A DNA stretch of 53,414 bases from Deltaproteobacteria bacterium (GCA_043780025.1 JAYWEH010000724.1:1-53414), one strand, 5' to 3'; shown: positions 39,101 to 47,580, numbered from the stretch's first letter. Notes: generated by a model from the letters alone, not told the origin. A program made the numbers and translations.

Positions 39101-39748
39101 GGGAGCTATCGCTACCCGGTCGATACTTGGCGCGAGCTGGTGTGCCAGCAGGTCTGGGGCGTGCTCGATACGCCGCTGCACGCGACGGGCGAGGCCGAAC
39201 CGCTGTTCCTCGGCAAGGTTTCGCTCGCCGAACGCCTGAGCGAGCTCGAGTTCTGTTTGCCCGTGGGGGGGTCACCAGAACAGCGCCGACCGCTCGAGCC
39301 GAGCGGCCTCGCACGCGCCTTTCGCGAGCACCCGAGCCCGCTCGTCCCGGCGCGCTATGCAGACGACCTCGCGCGCCTGCGTTTCGTGCCCCTCGAGGGT
39401 TTCCTCCGGGGTTTCATCGATCTGGTGTTCCGAAAGGGCGATCGCTACTACCTCGTCGACTACAAGGCGAACCACCTCGGCGTGCACGCCTCCGACTACG
39501 GCGCGGCCGCGCTCGGGGTGGCGATGATGGAAGGCCAATACTTTCTGCAGTACCACCTGTACGCGCTGGCGTTGCACCGACACCTCGCCCTGCGCGTACC
39601 CGGTTACGACTACGAGCGAAACTTTGGCGGCGTCTTTTACCTGTTCATCAAGGGCATGGGGCCCGATCACGGGTCGAGCGGCGTGTTCTTCGAAAAGCCG
39701 CCCCAAGGTAGGCTACTTTCGCTGTCGCGCGCGCTGGAGCAACCATGA
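36104..39748 (+). CDS. recB: exodeoxyribonuclease V beta subunit (UvrD-like helicase plus PD-(D/E)xK nuclease)
   Basis: The start MKSFSVTEIPL at 36104 overlaps the recC stop. Walker A ASAGTGKTYAI, LIDEFQDTDPLQ, and the C-terminal nuclease motif GFIDLVFRKGDRYYLVDYKAN. The ORF-track 5' extension (35663-36103) lies inside recC and is rejected. Confidence 0.9.
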   Translation: MKSFSVTEIPLRGRNMVDASAGTGKTYAIATLFVRLLLETEHHPSQILVVTFTEAATAELRGRVRARLRECLEAARSAPVPPPTADPTLIEILSRAGDTVRSARRLEQALYEFDKVEISTIHGFCQRVLMERAFQTDVAWGSELYGDARPVIDDLVLDYWATVAGPAQPEFLAHMRKGSKFGLDAARGLAYTVQRTPEGALVPASAGHGDPPDFERFRAEYRRVRQVWQRHDVLALLAGSKVKKQSYNRRHTPRWVKAVSQFFAGEPSLFSKPPDSFERFCSARLAQAGGDDLCTHELVLACDALLAEYQRLELALEAELLRFKMGLLDFVREGLSNRARQTGQLSFDDLLRRVQQALTGPGGKDLALSVRQRYPAALIDEFQDTDPLQLDIFERIYDAPNVSLFLIGDPKQAIYSFRGADVFSYVAATRRTSPDRRYGMTTNYRSDPSLVAAVNHLFESSAHPFLLPEIGFQSVRPRPGSDDGLTDANGNNASGLVVAFADSGEAGGKPLEREWELRKLPEFVASDIQAALAGGLVYHGVKVAPADIAVLTRTNDQAFLIQAALRARGVLSVVLGDKSVYASAEARDVERVLSAVLEPSSTRLVRAAITTELLGVSAPELWALDEDEAAWERWLRTFHELAAIWSQTGFVQMCRVMLSRCVVEQRLLALGDGERRLTNVFQLIELLHAASCRGHLGPSGLLSFLKRERRRRVVGVEAEAAQIRLESDAAAVKITTMHKSKGLEYPVVYCPYLWSGTLLHASDARAPKFHQHSGQLAIDIGSPDLEANKERAGWEQFAENLRLAYVALTRARHRCTVYWGRIRSFATSPLGYLLHPPPAGDGPPSVSEIKQHLGSLDDATMLAELERHSGAASIAIERVALRQSPLRDESDTSLPAPAFIARKPERAIDDRYRTSSFSALTRDSELTITKEVDEHVRDHDAAARPAESPAAREQSEPPIRLFEFPRGAKAGSFFHDVLEHHDFASARPGALPKLVETRLGSYRYPVDTWRELVCQQVWGVLDTPLHATGEAEPLFLGKVSLAERLSELEFCLPVGGSPEQRRPLEPSGLARAFREHPSPLVPARYADDLARLRFVPLEGFLRGFIDLVFRKGDRYYLVDYKANHLGVHASDYGAAALGVAMMEGQYFLQYHLYALALHRHLALRVPGYDYERNFGGVFYLFIKGMGPDHGSSGVFFEKPPQGRLLSLSRALEQP

Positions 39749-41655
39749 CTGAGCCCGCCTCGAGTCCAAAGGTGCCGGAGCGCGGCCTGCTCGAGCTGTT
39801 GCGAGAGCAGGAGGTCATCTCCAGCCTGGACTTCCACTTTGCGCGGCTGTTGTCGCGCATGGCGGACAGCCCCGAAGAGGTGCTCGTGTGCGGCGCGCTG
39901 GCGAGCCGTGCCATCCAGCTCGGCCACGTCTGCGTCGAGCTCGCGCGCATCGCCGATCGCTCGCACTTCGAGCTCGACGAAACCTCACTCGGTGGCGCGC
40001 ATTGGCCGGAGCTCGCGCAGCTGCGCCAGGCGCTGCGCGACAGCCCGCTGTGCAGCGACGGCGCCACGGCCGCCACACCGCTCGTGCTCGATAGCCGCGA
40101 TCGGCTCTATCTGCAGCGTTATGAGAGCTATGAGCGCTCGCTCGCAGCGGCGCTGTCGGCTCGCGCTCGGCGCGTGAGCGACGTCGACCTCGAGTTGCTC
40201 GCGCAGGGCCTCGACCGGCTCTTCCCGGTGCCATCGGGGGCGAAAGCGGAAGGCGAAGCGGGCGTCCAGACGCACCGGCTGCTCGCGAGCGTCGCCACGT
40301 TGCACCATCTGGCGGTGATCTGTGGCGGCCCGGGCACGGGCAAGACCACGACGGTGGTGAAGGTGCTGGCACTCTTGCAGGAGCAGGCGCTCGCGCAGGG
40401 CAAACCGGCGCTCGAGATCGCGTTGCTCGCACCGACCGGCAAGGCCGCGCGCCGGCTCGCCGAGGCGGTGTCGAACGGCGCCGAAGCGCTCGCACTGCCG
40501 GACGCCGTGCGCGCCGCGATTCCCAGGGACGCATCCACGATTCATCGTGCCCTCGGCGGCACCCGCCGCGTCTCCGGGCGTTTCGGTCACGACGCGAGCC
40601 GGCCGCTTTCGGCGGACGTCGTCGTCGTGGACGAGGTATCCATGGTGGACCTGGCGCTCTTGTACCGCCTGGTCAGCGCGATCCGACCTGACGCGCGGCT
40701 GATCCTGCAGGGGGACAAGGATCAGCTCGCGTCGGTCGAAGCCGGCGCGATTTTGGGCGACATCTACGACGCGCGCGCCGCACGGGCGTGGTCCGTCGAT
40801 TTCGCCAGCGTCGCCACGCGCGTGACCGGTGGGCATGTCACCGGCAGCGCCGTCCCGGCGCTGTGCGATTGTCTCGTCAACCTCGAACAGAGCTATCGCT
40901 ACGGGAAGGACAGCAGCATCGGTCGGCTCGCACGCGCCATCAACGCGGGTGACGTCGATCGCGCCCTCGGCGAGCTCGAGCGGTCGCCCCACGGCGAGCT
41001 CGACTGCCAGTGGCTCGAACCGCTGGCTTCCGCGCTCGGCCAACGTTCCGCTCTCGTGCCGATCGCGGAACGAACCGTCGCCGGCTACGCCGCGTTCATC
41101 CGCGCAGCCGATCCACGACAGAAGCTGGAACGCCTGTCGGACTATCGCATCCTGTGCGCTCACCGTCAGGGCCCCCGCGGCGTCACCGGGCTGAATCACG
41201 AAGTGGAGTGCTGGCTGGCGGACGCGGGACTGATCGAGCCGGGCACCGCCTTCTACGAAAACCGACCGATCATCGTCACCCAGAATGACTACGCGCTCGG
41301 CCTGTTCAACGGCGACGTGGGCGTCGTCGTCAAAGACGAAGCGGGCCGCCTGCGTGTGTGCTTCGAGAGCGCCGCTGGGCTCAGGATGTTGACGCCCGGC
41401 CGTCTGCCGCCGCACGAGACGGTATTTGCCACCACCATTCACAAGAGCCAGGGCTCGGAGTTCGATGCCGTCGCGGTGGTGCTGCCTGATACCGCCTCGC
41501 CGCTTTTGGGGCGCGAGTTGCTCTACACCGCGGTCACGCGCGCGCGGCGTCGCGTGGATCTATTCGCGCGGCGCGAGGTGCTGCGCACCGCTCTGACACG
41601 TTCCGTCCAGCGCCCGAGCGGGCTCAAAGACAGGCTCTGGTCGGCGCTCGGCTGA
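39745..41655 (+). CDS. recD: exodeoxyribonuclease V alpha subunit
   Basis: ATGA overlap with recB. Walker A ICGGPGTGKTTTV, Walker B VVVDEVSMVD, TIHKSQGSEFD and LLYTAVTRAR. Confidence 0.9.
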   Translation: MTEPASSPKVPERGLLELLREQEVISSLDFHFARLLSRMADSPEEVLVCGALASRAIQLGHVCVELARIADRSHFELDETSLGGAHWPELAQLRQALRDSPLCSDGATAATPLVLDSRDRLYLQRYESYERSLAAALSARARRVSDVDLELLAQGLDRLFPVPSGAKAEGEAGVQTHRLLASVATLHHLAVICGGPGTGKTTTVVKVLALLQEQALAQGKPALEIALLAPTGKAARRLAEAVSNGAEALALPDAVRAAIPRDASTIHRALGGTRRVSGRFGHDASRPLSADVVVVDEVSMVDLALLYRLVSAIRPDARLILQGDKDQLASVEAGAILGDIYDARAARAWSVDFASVATRVTGGHVTGSAVPALCDCLVNLEQSYRYGKDSSIGRLARAINAGDVDRALGELERSPHGELDCQWLEPLASALGQRSALVPIAERTVAGYAAFIRAADPRQKLERLSDYRILCAHRQGPRGVTGLNHEVECWLADAGLIEPGTAFYENRPIIVTQNDYALGLFNGDVGVVVKDEAGRLRVCFESAAGLRMLTPGRLPPHETVFATTIHKSQGSEFDAVAVVLPDTASPLLGRELLYTAVTRARRRVDLFARREVLRTALTRSVQRPSGLKDRLWSALG

Positions 41656-41701
41656 GCCCGTTCCGCTCGGACGCTGAGATTCGCTCGCGGAAACCGCGCA
41701 A

Positions 41702-43786
41702 ATGCGCCGGTTCGAAACGTTTCCCCAGGGTTGGGCTCGGGCGGCTTATGGGCCAAGACGGCTCAGCCGTCCCTACACTGAAGTCCCGGTGCCCGAGCCC
41801 AAATCCCAAACGGTCCACAAGGACAAGACGCCCCAACCGTTTGGGCCTTTCGTGCTGGAGCGACGCATCGCCATCGGCGGCACCGCGGAAGTGTTTTACG
41901 CGAAGCCGCGCACGGGCATGTTGCCGGCGCCGGAGCTCGTGATCAAGCGGCCCTTGTCCGAACGCAATGAGGAGCAGTTCGAGGCGCTCAACCGCGAAGC
42001 GGAGCTCCATCGCGCGGTCCGCCACGGCAACGTCGTGACCGTGTTCGGCGCAGGCATGGTGGGCCGTGACCCGTACCTCGCCATGGAGTACGTGGACGGG
42101 GTCGACCTGCACCGGCTGATGCGCCTCTCCGCCAGCGAGAACCGCGCCTTACCTCCAGCGCTCGGCGTGTACATCGCCCACGCGCTCGCGCAAGCACTAC
42201 ACGCGGTGCACTCGGCCTGTGATGAGCAGGGCATGAGCTTGCACATCACCCACGGGGACGTCTCCCCCTCCAACGTCTATCTGTCAGTCAAGGGCGAGGT
42301 CAAATTGGGGGACTTTGGCGTCGCCCACGCCATGCGCGGCCCCTCTCGCGATCCCAGCGCCAGCGTGAAGGGCAAGTTCGGCTACCTCGCGCCCGAACAG
42401 CTAGAGGGCAATCCATGCGACCACCGCTCTGACATCTTTGCGCTCGGCGTCGTGCTCGGCGAGATGTTGATCGGCGGGAAGATCTTCCCCGGGCAGGGCC
42501 AGCTGGCGATCTTGCTATCCATCCGGGAGGGCAACATCGAACCGCTGCGCCGCGCCGCCGATCAGTTTCCACCGAGCCTGCTGGAGGTGTGCACGAAGGC
42601 GCTGGCGCGTAACCCGAGCGACCGCTACCCGAGTGCCGGCGACCTGGCCGAGGCGCTGAGCCCGCTGCTCTCGATCACCGAGAAACGCGACGCACTCGCG
42701 GAATGGATCAGCTGGGCGCGCGACGTCAATGTGTTTGCGCGCCAATTCGAGCACCGCTTGCGTAACACTTCCATCGTCAGCGTATCGCCCAATGTCAGTG
42801 GTGCGCCCCCCGATCGCCCCCGGGTCGAAACGTCCTCGGTGCGGCGTAACAACATATTGGTCCACACCAACCTGTCGTTTTCCAGCCTGCTCGATCTCGC
42901 GGCCACGGGGCACTTGCTCTTGGATGACGAGGTCTCGGTGGTCGGTGAACCGTTTCGCCGCGTGGAGTCGATCGCCGAGCTGTCTCGCTATCTGATGCCG
43001 TCGACCACGACGACGACGGGCCAGTTGTTCCAGCCGGGCGTCCCGGATTTCACCGCCGAACTCGGCGAAGTGCCGATGCTCGATGTCCTGGCGCGCATGC
43101 GCCGGCGTCGCGAGAGCGGCGCCCTGTTTGTGGCTCGCACGAACCGCAAGGGGGAACCGGATCGCAAGGACATGCATATGAGCGCGGGCCGCCTCGTGCA
43201 CGTTGCGTCCTCCGACCGCGAAGAGTTGCTCGGCCAATATGCCTTGCGGTTGAAGCTCATCGATCAAGCGCAGCTCGATCTGGCGCTCGCGAATTTGCGT
43301 CAATATGCTGGGCACCTGGGCGAGGCCTTGATCGGCCTGGGCCTGGCAGAGCCCACGGCGGTGTTTCGTGCGATTCGCAGCCAAGGGCGGGACCGAGTCG
43401 CGTCCTTGTGTGTATGGCGCGAAGGGCGCGTCCACCTGTATCGTGGCGCGGAGATGGGCCACGTGCAGTTCCCCTTGAAACTGGATCTGTCGGTACCGAT
43501 GATGGCCGGGGCGATGCTGCTGTCACGACAGGGTGAAGACCCGCTGCGAGGCTTGTCGCGCTTGCACCCGGGCCGCCGCTTCGACGAAACCGCTGCTCCG
43601 GAGGAAATCGCAGACGTGCCGGCAGCACTGCTTGGGCTCATCCAATTGATAGAACCCGGGCAAACGCTGGCCAAAACACTCGCAGAGCTCACTCGCTTCG
43701 AAGCGGGCGGGCGCGCCATCCCCGAGCGCGAAGCCCGTGCCGCCGTGGCCGTCGCCATAGCTCTCGAGTGGATCCGCGCCGATTGA
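41702..43786 (+). CDS. Ser/Thr protein kinase with a C-terminal DUF4388-like region
   Basis: IGGTAEVFYA, VIKRP, ITHGDVSPSNVY, DFGVA and YLAPEQ. The C-terminal block is VPMLDVLARMRRRRESGALFVAR...GRLVHVASS. It starts 46 nt after recD. Confidence 0.85.
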   Translation: MRRFETFPQGWARAAYGPRRLSRPYTEVPVPEPKSQTVHKDKTPQPFGPFVLERRIAIGGTAEVFYAKPRTGMLPAPELVIKRPLSERNEEQFEALNREAELHRAVRHGNVVTVFGAGMVGRDPYLAMEYVDGVDLHRLMRLSASENRALPPALGVYIAHALAQALHAVHSACDEQGMSLHITHGDVSPSNVYLSVKGEVKLGDFGVAHAMRGPSRDPSASVKGKFGYLAPEQLEGNPCDHRSDIFALGVVLGEMLIGGKIFPGQGQLAILLSIREGNIEPLRRAADQFPPSLLEVCTKALARNPSDRYPSAGDLAEALSPLLSITEKRDALAEWISWARDVNVFARQFEHRLRNTSIVSVSPNVSGAPPDRPRVETSSVRRNNILVHTNLSFSSLLDLAATGHLLLDDEVSVVGEPFRRVESIAELSRYLMPSTTTTTGQLFQPGVPDFTAELGEVPMLDVLARMRRRRESGALFVARTNRKGEPDRKDMHMSAGRLVHVASSDREELLGQYALRLKLIDQAQLDLALANLRQYAGHLGEALIGLGLAEPTAVFRAIRSQGRDRVASLCVWREGRVHLYRGAEMGHVQFPLKLDLSVPMMAGAMLLSRQGEDPLRGLSRLHPGRRFDETAAPEEIADVPAALLGLIQLIEPGQTLAKTLAELTRFEAGGRAIPEREARAAVAVAIALEWIRAD

Positions 43787-43792
43787 GCGTGC

Positions 43793-44233
43793 TCAAACCG
43801 CGTGAGGGCGAGGTCCAGCGTCGAAGGGGCGCGAATGCGGCTCTTCGTCACGTTGCGTCTCCCCCGCGCGACTGAGGCGCTTCCAGAGAAAGTAGGAGAT
43901 CAGTTGAGCCCCGAGGAACAGGAGCGGCACGAGGGCGATCGGAAACGGGTCCCCCGCCATCAGATGCGAGCCGAACGCGCCCAGTACGTCGAAGGTAAAG
44001 CCCGCGTAGGCCCACTCCTTCAACACGGGCCAGCGCCCATACAGAATGGCCGAGATCCCGAGCAGCTTGGCGACGCCCAGGATCTTCATGAAATAGATCG
44101 GATAGCCGAGCGCGCTGATTGTGGCGACCATGGCAGGTGCCTCGATCAGGTATTGCAACGCGCTCCAGCCCTGCAGCAGCGTGAACAGCAGCGTCACCAC
44201 CCAGTAAACCACCTTCAGGTTCTTCTGTTGCAT
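43793..44233 (-). CDS. DoxX-like family membrane protein
   Basis: MQQKNLKVVYWVVTLLFTLLQGWSALQYL... The product is about 146 aa with four hydrophobic helices. The start is at MQQKN. Confidence 0.7.
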   Translation of the reverse strand: MQQKNLKVVYWVVTLLFTLLQGWSALQYLIEAPAMVATISALGYPIYFMKILGVAKLLGISAILYGRWPVLKEWAYAGFTFDVLGAFGSHLMAGDPFPIALVPLLFLGAQLISYFLWKRLSRAGETQRDEEPHSRPFDAGPRPHAV

Positions 44234-44283
44234 ACAGGCTGTTGCAGAGCACGAAGCGTGCCACGGCTCGGCGGGCACCGTCC

Positions 44284-44330
44284 GTCAAGCGGACGGACTA
44301 CTCGGGAGTCAAGCGGACGGACTACTCGGG
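44284..44330. repeat. 24-bp tandem duplication (GTCAAGCGGACGGACTACTCGGG x2)
   Basis: Copies at 44284-44306 and 44308-44330. The second copy spans the stop codon of ORF 44322-44621. The adjacent hairpin CCGTCCG-TCAAG-CGGACGG is at 44278-44296. Confidence 0.7.
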
Positions 44331-44621
44331 GACGAGTTCCATCTGCTCCAGCAGCGCGGACGCCGGGAGCTCCGGGCTCGCTCCAGGTAGGCGCAGCCAA
44401 TACCCCACCGACGCGAGCAGACTCCCCTCGGGCCCCTGTGAACGCAACACGCGTAACACCCGCCCTCCACGTGCTCCGAGCGCTTCGCTGAACAGATCGA
44501 GCCGGAGCTCGAGCTCCAAGGGGTGCGTCGCCCGTATCTCAAAGCGCCTGCAATCCTCGGAGCACACGGCCGCCGCATCGTCACTCGACAGCATCTCCTG
44601 ACCTGCGTCGTCGGTTACCAC
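44322..44621 (-). CDS. hypothetical protein (weak call)
   Basis: 99-aa ORF with a GTG start, no recognisable domain and acidic composition. It may be a fragment. Confidence 0.3.
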   Translation of the reverse strand: MVTDDAGQEMLSSDDAAAVCSEDCRRFEIRATHPLELELRLDLFSEALGARGGRVLRVLRSQGPEGSLLASVGYWLRLPGASPELPASALLEQMELVPE

Positions 44622-44934
44622 AAAATCTTACTCATGCAGCTCTCATACCGAGAGTGCCAGGCGCTATGCCAAGGCCTGCGTGATACGCTAAAATTACCAA
44701 TTATATCAACTACATTGGGCATACGCGCGGCGCGCGCGGTCACCCGCGAGCGTTCGACGCGCTCGGGCAACTCATGCGCGAGCGCGCTCAACTGTCCCAC
44801 CTGCCTCACTCGCGCAGTGCGAAAAATGCACTCCGAGTCACTGCGCCATTGCCCGCACGCCTGGGGCGCTTTGCGCCACCCCTCTCGTAGCGCCTCACCT
44901 TGCCGGAGCGGTCCCAGTCCGTTAGACGGCGATA

Positions 44935-45291
44935 ATGCCCGATCGCCAAACCTATGCAGGCTCATGCCACTGCGGAAGCGTCCGCTTCGACGTCGCCACG
45001 GATCTGAGCGAGGTCATTTCCTGTAACTGTTCGATCTGCTCGAGGACGGGGGCGCTGTTGACCTTTGTATCTCCGGATCAGTTTCGAATGAAGTCGGGGG
45101 ACAGCGATCAAACGGACTATCAGTTCAACAAGAAGAATATCCATCACTTGTTCTGCAAGACCTGCGGCGTACGCAGCTTCGGCCAGGGCAAGGGCCCGAG
45201 CGGCCCGATGTACGCGATCAACGTGCGCTGCCTGGACGGCGTCGACATTGCCTCGCTGAAGGTGAAACCCGTCAACGGTAAGAGCTTCTAA
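44935..45291 (+). CDS. GFA-family (CENP-V / glutathione-dependent formaldehyde-activating-like) protein
   Basis: GSCHCGSVRF...CNCSICSRTG...HHLFCKTCGVR is the characteristic Cys pattern. Confidence 0.85.
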   Translation: MPDRQTYAGSCHCGSVRFDVATDLSEVISCNCSICSRTGALLTFVSPDQFRMKSGDSDQTDYQFNKKNIHHLFCKTCGVRSFGQGKGPSGPMYAINVRCLDGVDIASLKVKPVNGKSF

Positions 45292-45298
45292 CCCGCTC

Positions 45299-46002
45299 TC
45301 AATCTGCTAGCGCGCTCGCGAGCGCACGCCGGGCGATACCGGCCAGCACCGGGTTGGTGTGTTGATAGTAGGGCAGCGCCACGAGCCCGAAATAGATTGC
45401 CCAGTTGCGCCCTCGCCCCCAGCTGGCCTCGTCGGTCGCCAGCGCGGATCGAATACGGCGCGCGCGTCGGCGTCGAACAGATTCCAGGCCACCATCAGAT
45501 CACACGCCGGATCTCCAACGCCCAGGCAACCGAAGTCGATCACGGAGCTCAGCCGCCCTTGGAGGACCAACAGATTGCCGGAGTGCAGGTCACCATGCAC
45601 CCAAACCGGCTCAGCCTTCCAAACGGGCGCCGCGAGCGCAGCTTCCCACGCAATGCTCCGGAGCGCCACGATCCAGCGCGCGAGGTCACGCGCGAGCTGG
45701 TTCATGTCCTTCACGCGCTCGGGCGCCACGGTTTCGCCGTCGAGCCAGCGGTACACGGACCACGGCCACGGATAGCCTTCGCCCGGCTGACCCCGAGCGA
45801 TCGGCGCGGGTATGGCAAAAGGTAGCTCGGGCTCGAGCCGGGGTAACCAGCGCTGCTCGAGCTCCACCTGCGCCACCGCTCCAGCGATCCGCGGCAGGCG
45901 CACCGCCAAGTCGTCACCGAGCCGATCGTCCGCGTGCATGCGCCCGGTCGCCATGGCATCTCCTGTCCGCGTCAGCGCGACGACATCGGGCCTGCGCCGC
46001 AA
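45299..46002 (-). pseudogene. decayed aminoglycoside/APH-family phosphotransferase gene (frameshift plus apparent internal and N-terminal deletions)
   Basis: The ORF frame gives RLGDDLAVRLPR...GEGYPWPWSVYRWLDGET...VWVHGDLHSGNLLV...VIDFGCLGVGDPACDL...LFDADARAVF and then becomes nonsense. The -1 frame continues RSALATDEASWGRGRNWAIYFGLVALPYYQHTNPVLAGIARRALASALAD* and ends at 45299. The shift is near 45450. Confidence 0.6.
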
Positions 46003-46062
46003 AATCCAAGAGCGAAGGAAGAGGGCCCGAGCACACGCCAGGCCCCGTCCCCGAGCCGGCGC

Positions 46063-47580
46063 TCAGTTCTTCAGCGCCGGAATCGAAACGCCCGCCGGCA
46101 AACCCGCAAATCCGGCGACCACCGTCTTGATCCCCCGTTCCTTGAGCTGCTCTTCAGCTCGCAGCAAGGGATTGTAGTTCTGCAGATTGCGCTCCCCGTT
46201 CGGCGCGCCCGCCTTGAACCAGAGCCGGCGGCTGCACGCCCCGTACATCAGCGGCATGTACGGCAAGAACTCGCTCGAGCCTTCCGTCGAGCGGTGCGAG
46301 AAGAACGCCGTAAATCCGCCCTTCTTGATGTTCGCGAGCGCGTCCTTCAGGCTCTTCACCCCCACCTTTTTACACGCCTCGAGGATCCCCTCGAGGTCAC
46401 CGCGCGCGTTCAGGAACTGCTCCACGAGATCGGCATCCGCCAGGCCCAACACGACCTCGATGGCGAGCCGCGTCTCAGTGAAGGTGCCGGCCTGGTTCAG
46501 TTTGATCAGCGCGCTGTTGCCGGCGCGATCCTCGCGCTTCTTGCCGCAGAGATAGGGGATGATGAAGCGCAGCTGCGTCACCACCAGATCGTCGAGCACG
46601 ATCTGGACGCGGTCACCGTATTTGGCGTTCATCAGCTGGTGCGCGGCGAGATCGTGTTCGGAGCCGGGATCTTCCATGCTCACGAAGTTGTCGGCGCTCT
46701 CCACGACCGAGCCGTCGAACTCGATCAGCTCTTCGCGCGTCTTCCTACCGAGTCCGGAGAAGCGCATGTCGTACATGCCCTCGGCGATCAAATCCTCGCC
46801 CTTTTGCACCTCGCTGAACGCGTTGTCGGTACCGATCGCGTAGTCACTCGGCGCGAGCCCGAGCTGCTTCGCGCATTCCTTGATCCGGCTCAGGCCTTCG
46901 AAATTGTCCGCTACCGGGAACACGAAACCGCGCTCCTTCGCCGTGCCCGTGGGCAGGCCGTCGCGCACCAGGTTCTTCTCGAACTGACGGAAAAACTTGG
47001 TACCGATCTCGAACACTTCTTTGACCGACTTGGCCTTCATCGCGAAGAAGAACATCTCCTGGATGTCCTGCTTCGTGCCGGGCACGTGCTCGCCGCCACA
47101 CACCATGTTGAAAGCGATGTTCGGAAAGTAGAACGTCTTCGTTTTCTTGGTGGCGAAGACCTCCCAGGGCTCGTAACCGCCCGCCTTGAGCAGCGTCTGG
47201 AACAGCGCGGTCGAAGCCGCGAGGCAAGCATTTCCGCCCCACACCTTCTTGTTCTGGCCGGCGCCCTCGACGAGCTCGAGATCGAATTTGGCGACCGCGT
47301 CGAGGATGTCCGAGGGCTTCTTGATCACGACCTTCTTCGGCAACAAAGGCACGATGTTCTTCTCGATCGACTTGATAGCCTTGTCGTTCGGCAAATAGAT
47401 GGCCTCGTTGTCGCCGTCTGACGTGCCCTTGGGAATGCCGTTGCGCTCACGCTGAGTCCACGCCTCCTTGCCGCGAGTGACCTTGGCGGTCATCTCCCCT
47501 TCGAGGGTGAAGTTGGCGTACGAAGAAAGGATCTCGCGACCCTTGAGCGTGAACTTGGTGACAGTCGTCTCTCTTGCCAT
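46063..47580 (-). CDS. highly divergent enolase-family protein
   Basis: Colinear with enolase motifs: PKGTSDG (cf SGASTG), NMVCGGEHV (cf INGGEHA), IQEMFF (cf IQEFMI), TDNAFSE (cf DCAASEF), VSMEDP (cf VSIEDG), IVLDDLVVT (cf LVGDDLFVT), LIKLNQAGTFTE (cf LIKFNQIGSLTE), FFSHRSTEG (cf ISHRSGETE) and FKAGAP (cf IKTGS). A good AGGAAA RBS lies 8 nt upstream of the ATG. Confidence 0.75.
   Translation of the reverse strand: MARETTVTKFTLKGREILSSYANFTLEGEMTAKVTRGKEAWTQRERNGIPKGTSDGDNEAIYLPNDKAIKSIEKNIVPLLPKKVVIKKPSDILDAVAKFDLELVEGAGQNKKVWGGNACLAASTALFQTLLKAGGYEPWEVFATKKTKTFYFPNIAFNMVCGGEHVPGTKQDIQEMFFFAMKAKSVKEVFEIGTKFFRQFEKNLVRDGLPTGTAKERGFVFPVADNFEGLSRIKECAKQLGLAPSDYAIGTDNAFSEVQKGEDLIAEGMYDMRFSGLGRKTREELIEFDGSVVESADNFVSMEDPGSEHDLAAHQLMNAKYGDRVQIVLDDLVVTQLRFIIPYLCGKKREDRAGNSALIKLNQAGTFTETRLAIEVVLGLADADLVEQFLNARGDLEGILEACKKVGVKSLKDALANIKKGGFTAFFSHRSTEGSSEFLPYMPLMYGACSRRLWFKAGAPNGERNLQNYNPLLRAEEQLKERGIKTVVAGFAGLPAGVSIPALKN

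Noticed and set aside
41699-41715. AAATGCGCCGGTTCGAA at the start of the second kinase gene resembles the SOS-like 17-mer (13 of 17 positions).
   Set aside because: The GTAC half-site is lost (ATGC) and the flank differs. The shared GCGCCGGTTC is GC-rich and plausibly a chance match. It also overlaps the start codon rather than a promoter.
44622-44934. Possible decayed HxlR/LysR-type regulator between the DoxX-like and GFA genes (minus-strand fragment ...ARMPNVVDIIGNFSV...).
   Set aside because: The resemblance to the HxlR CP..LD.IG..W motif is superficial and no frame gives an extended match. The AT-rich patch is more simply a promoter region.
46063-47580. Calling the enolase-like gene simply 'eno' (housekeeping enolase).
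   Set aside because: The motif flanks are too divergent, insertions are present and the context is non-glycolytic. No symbol is assigned until a canonical eno elsewhere in the genome is ruled in or out.
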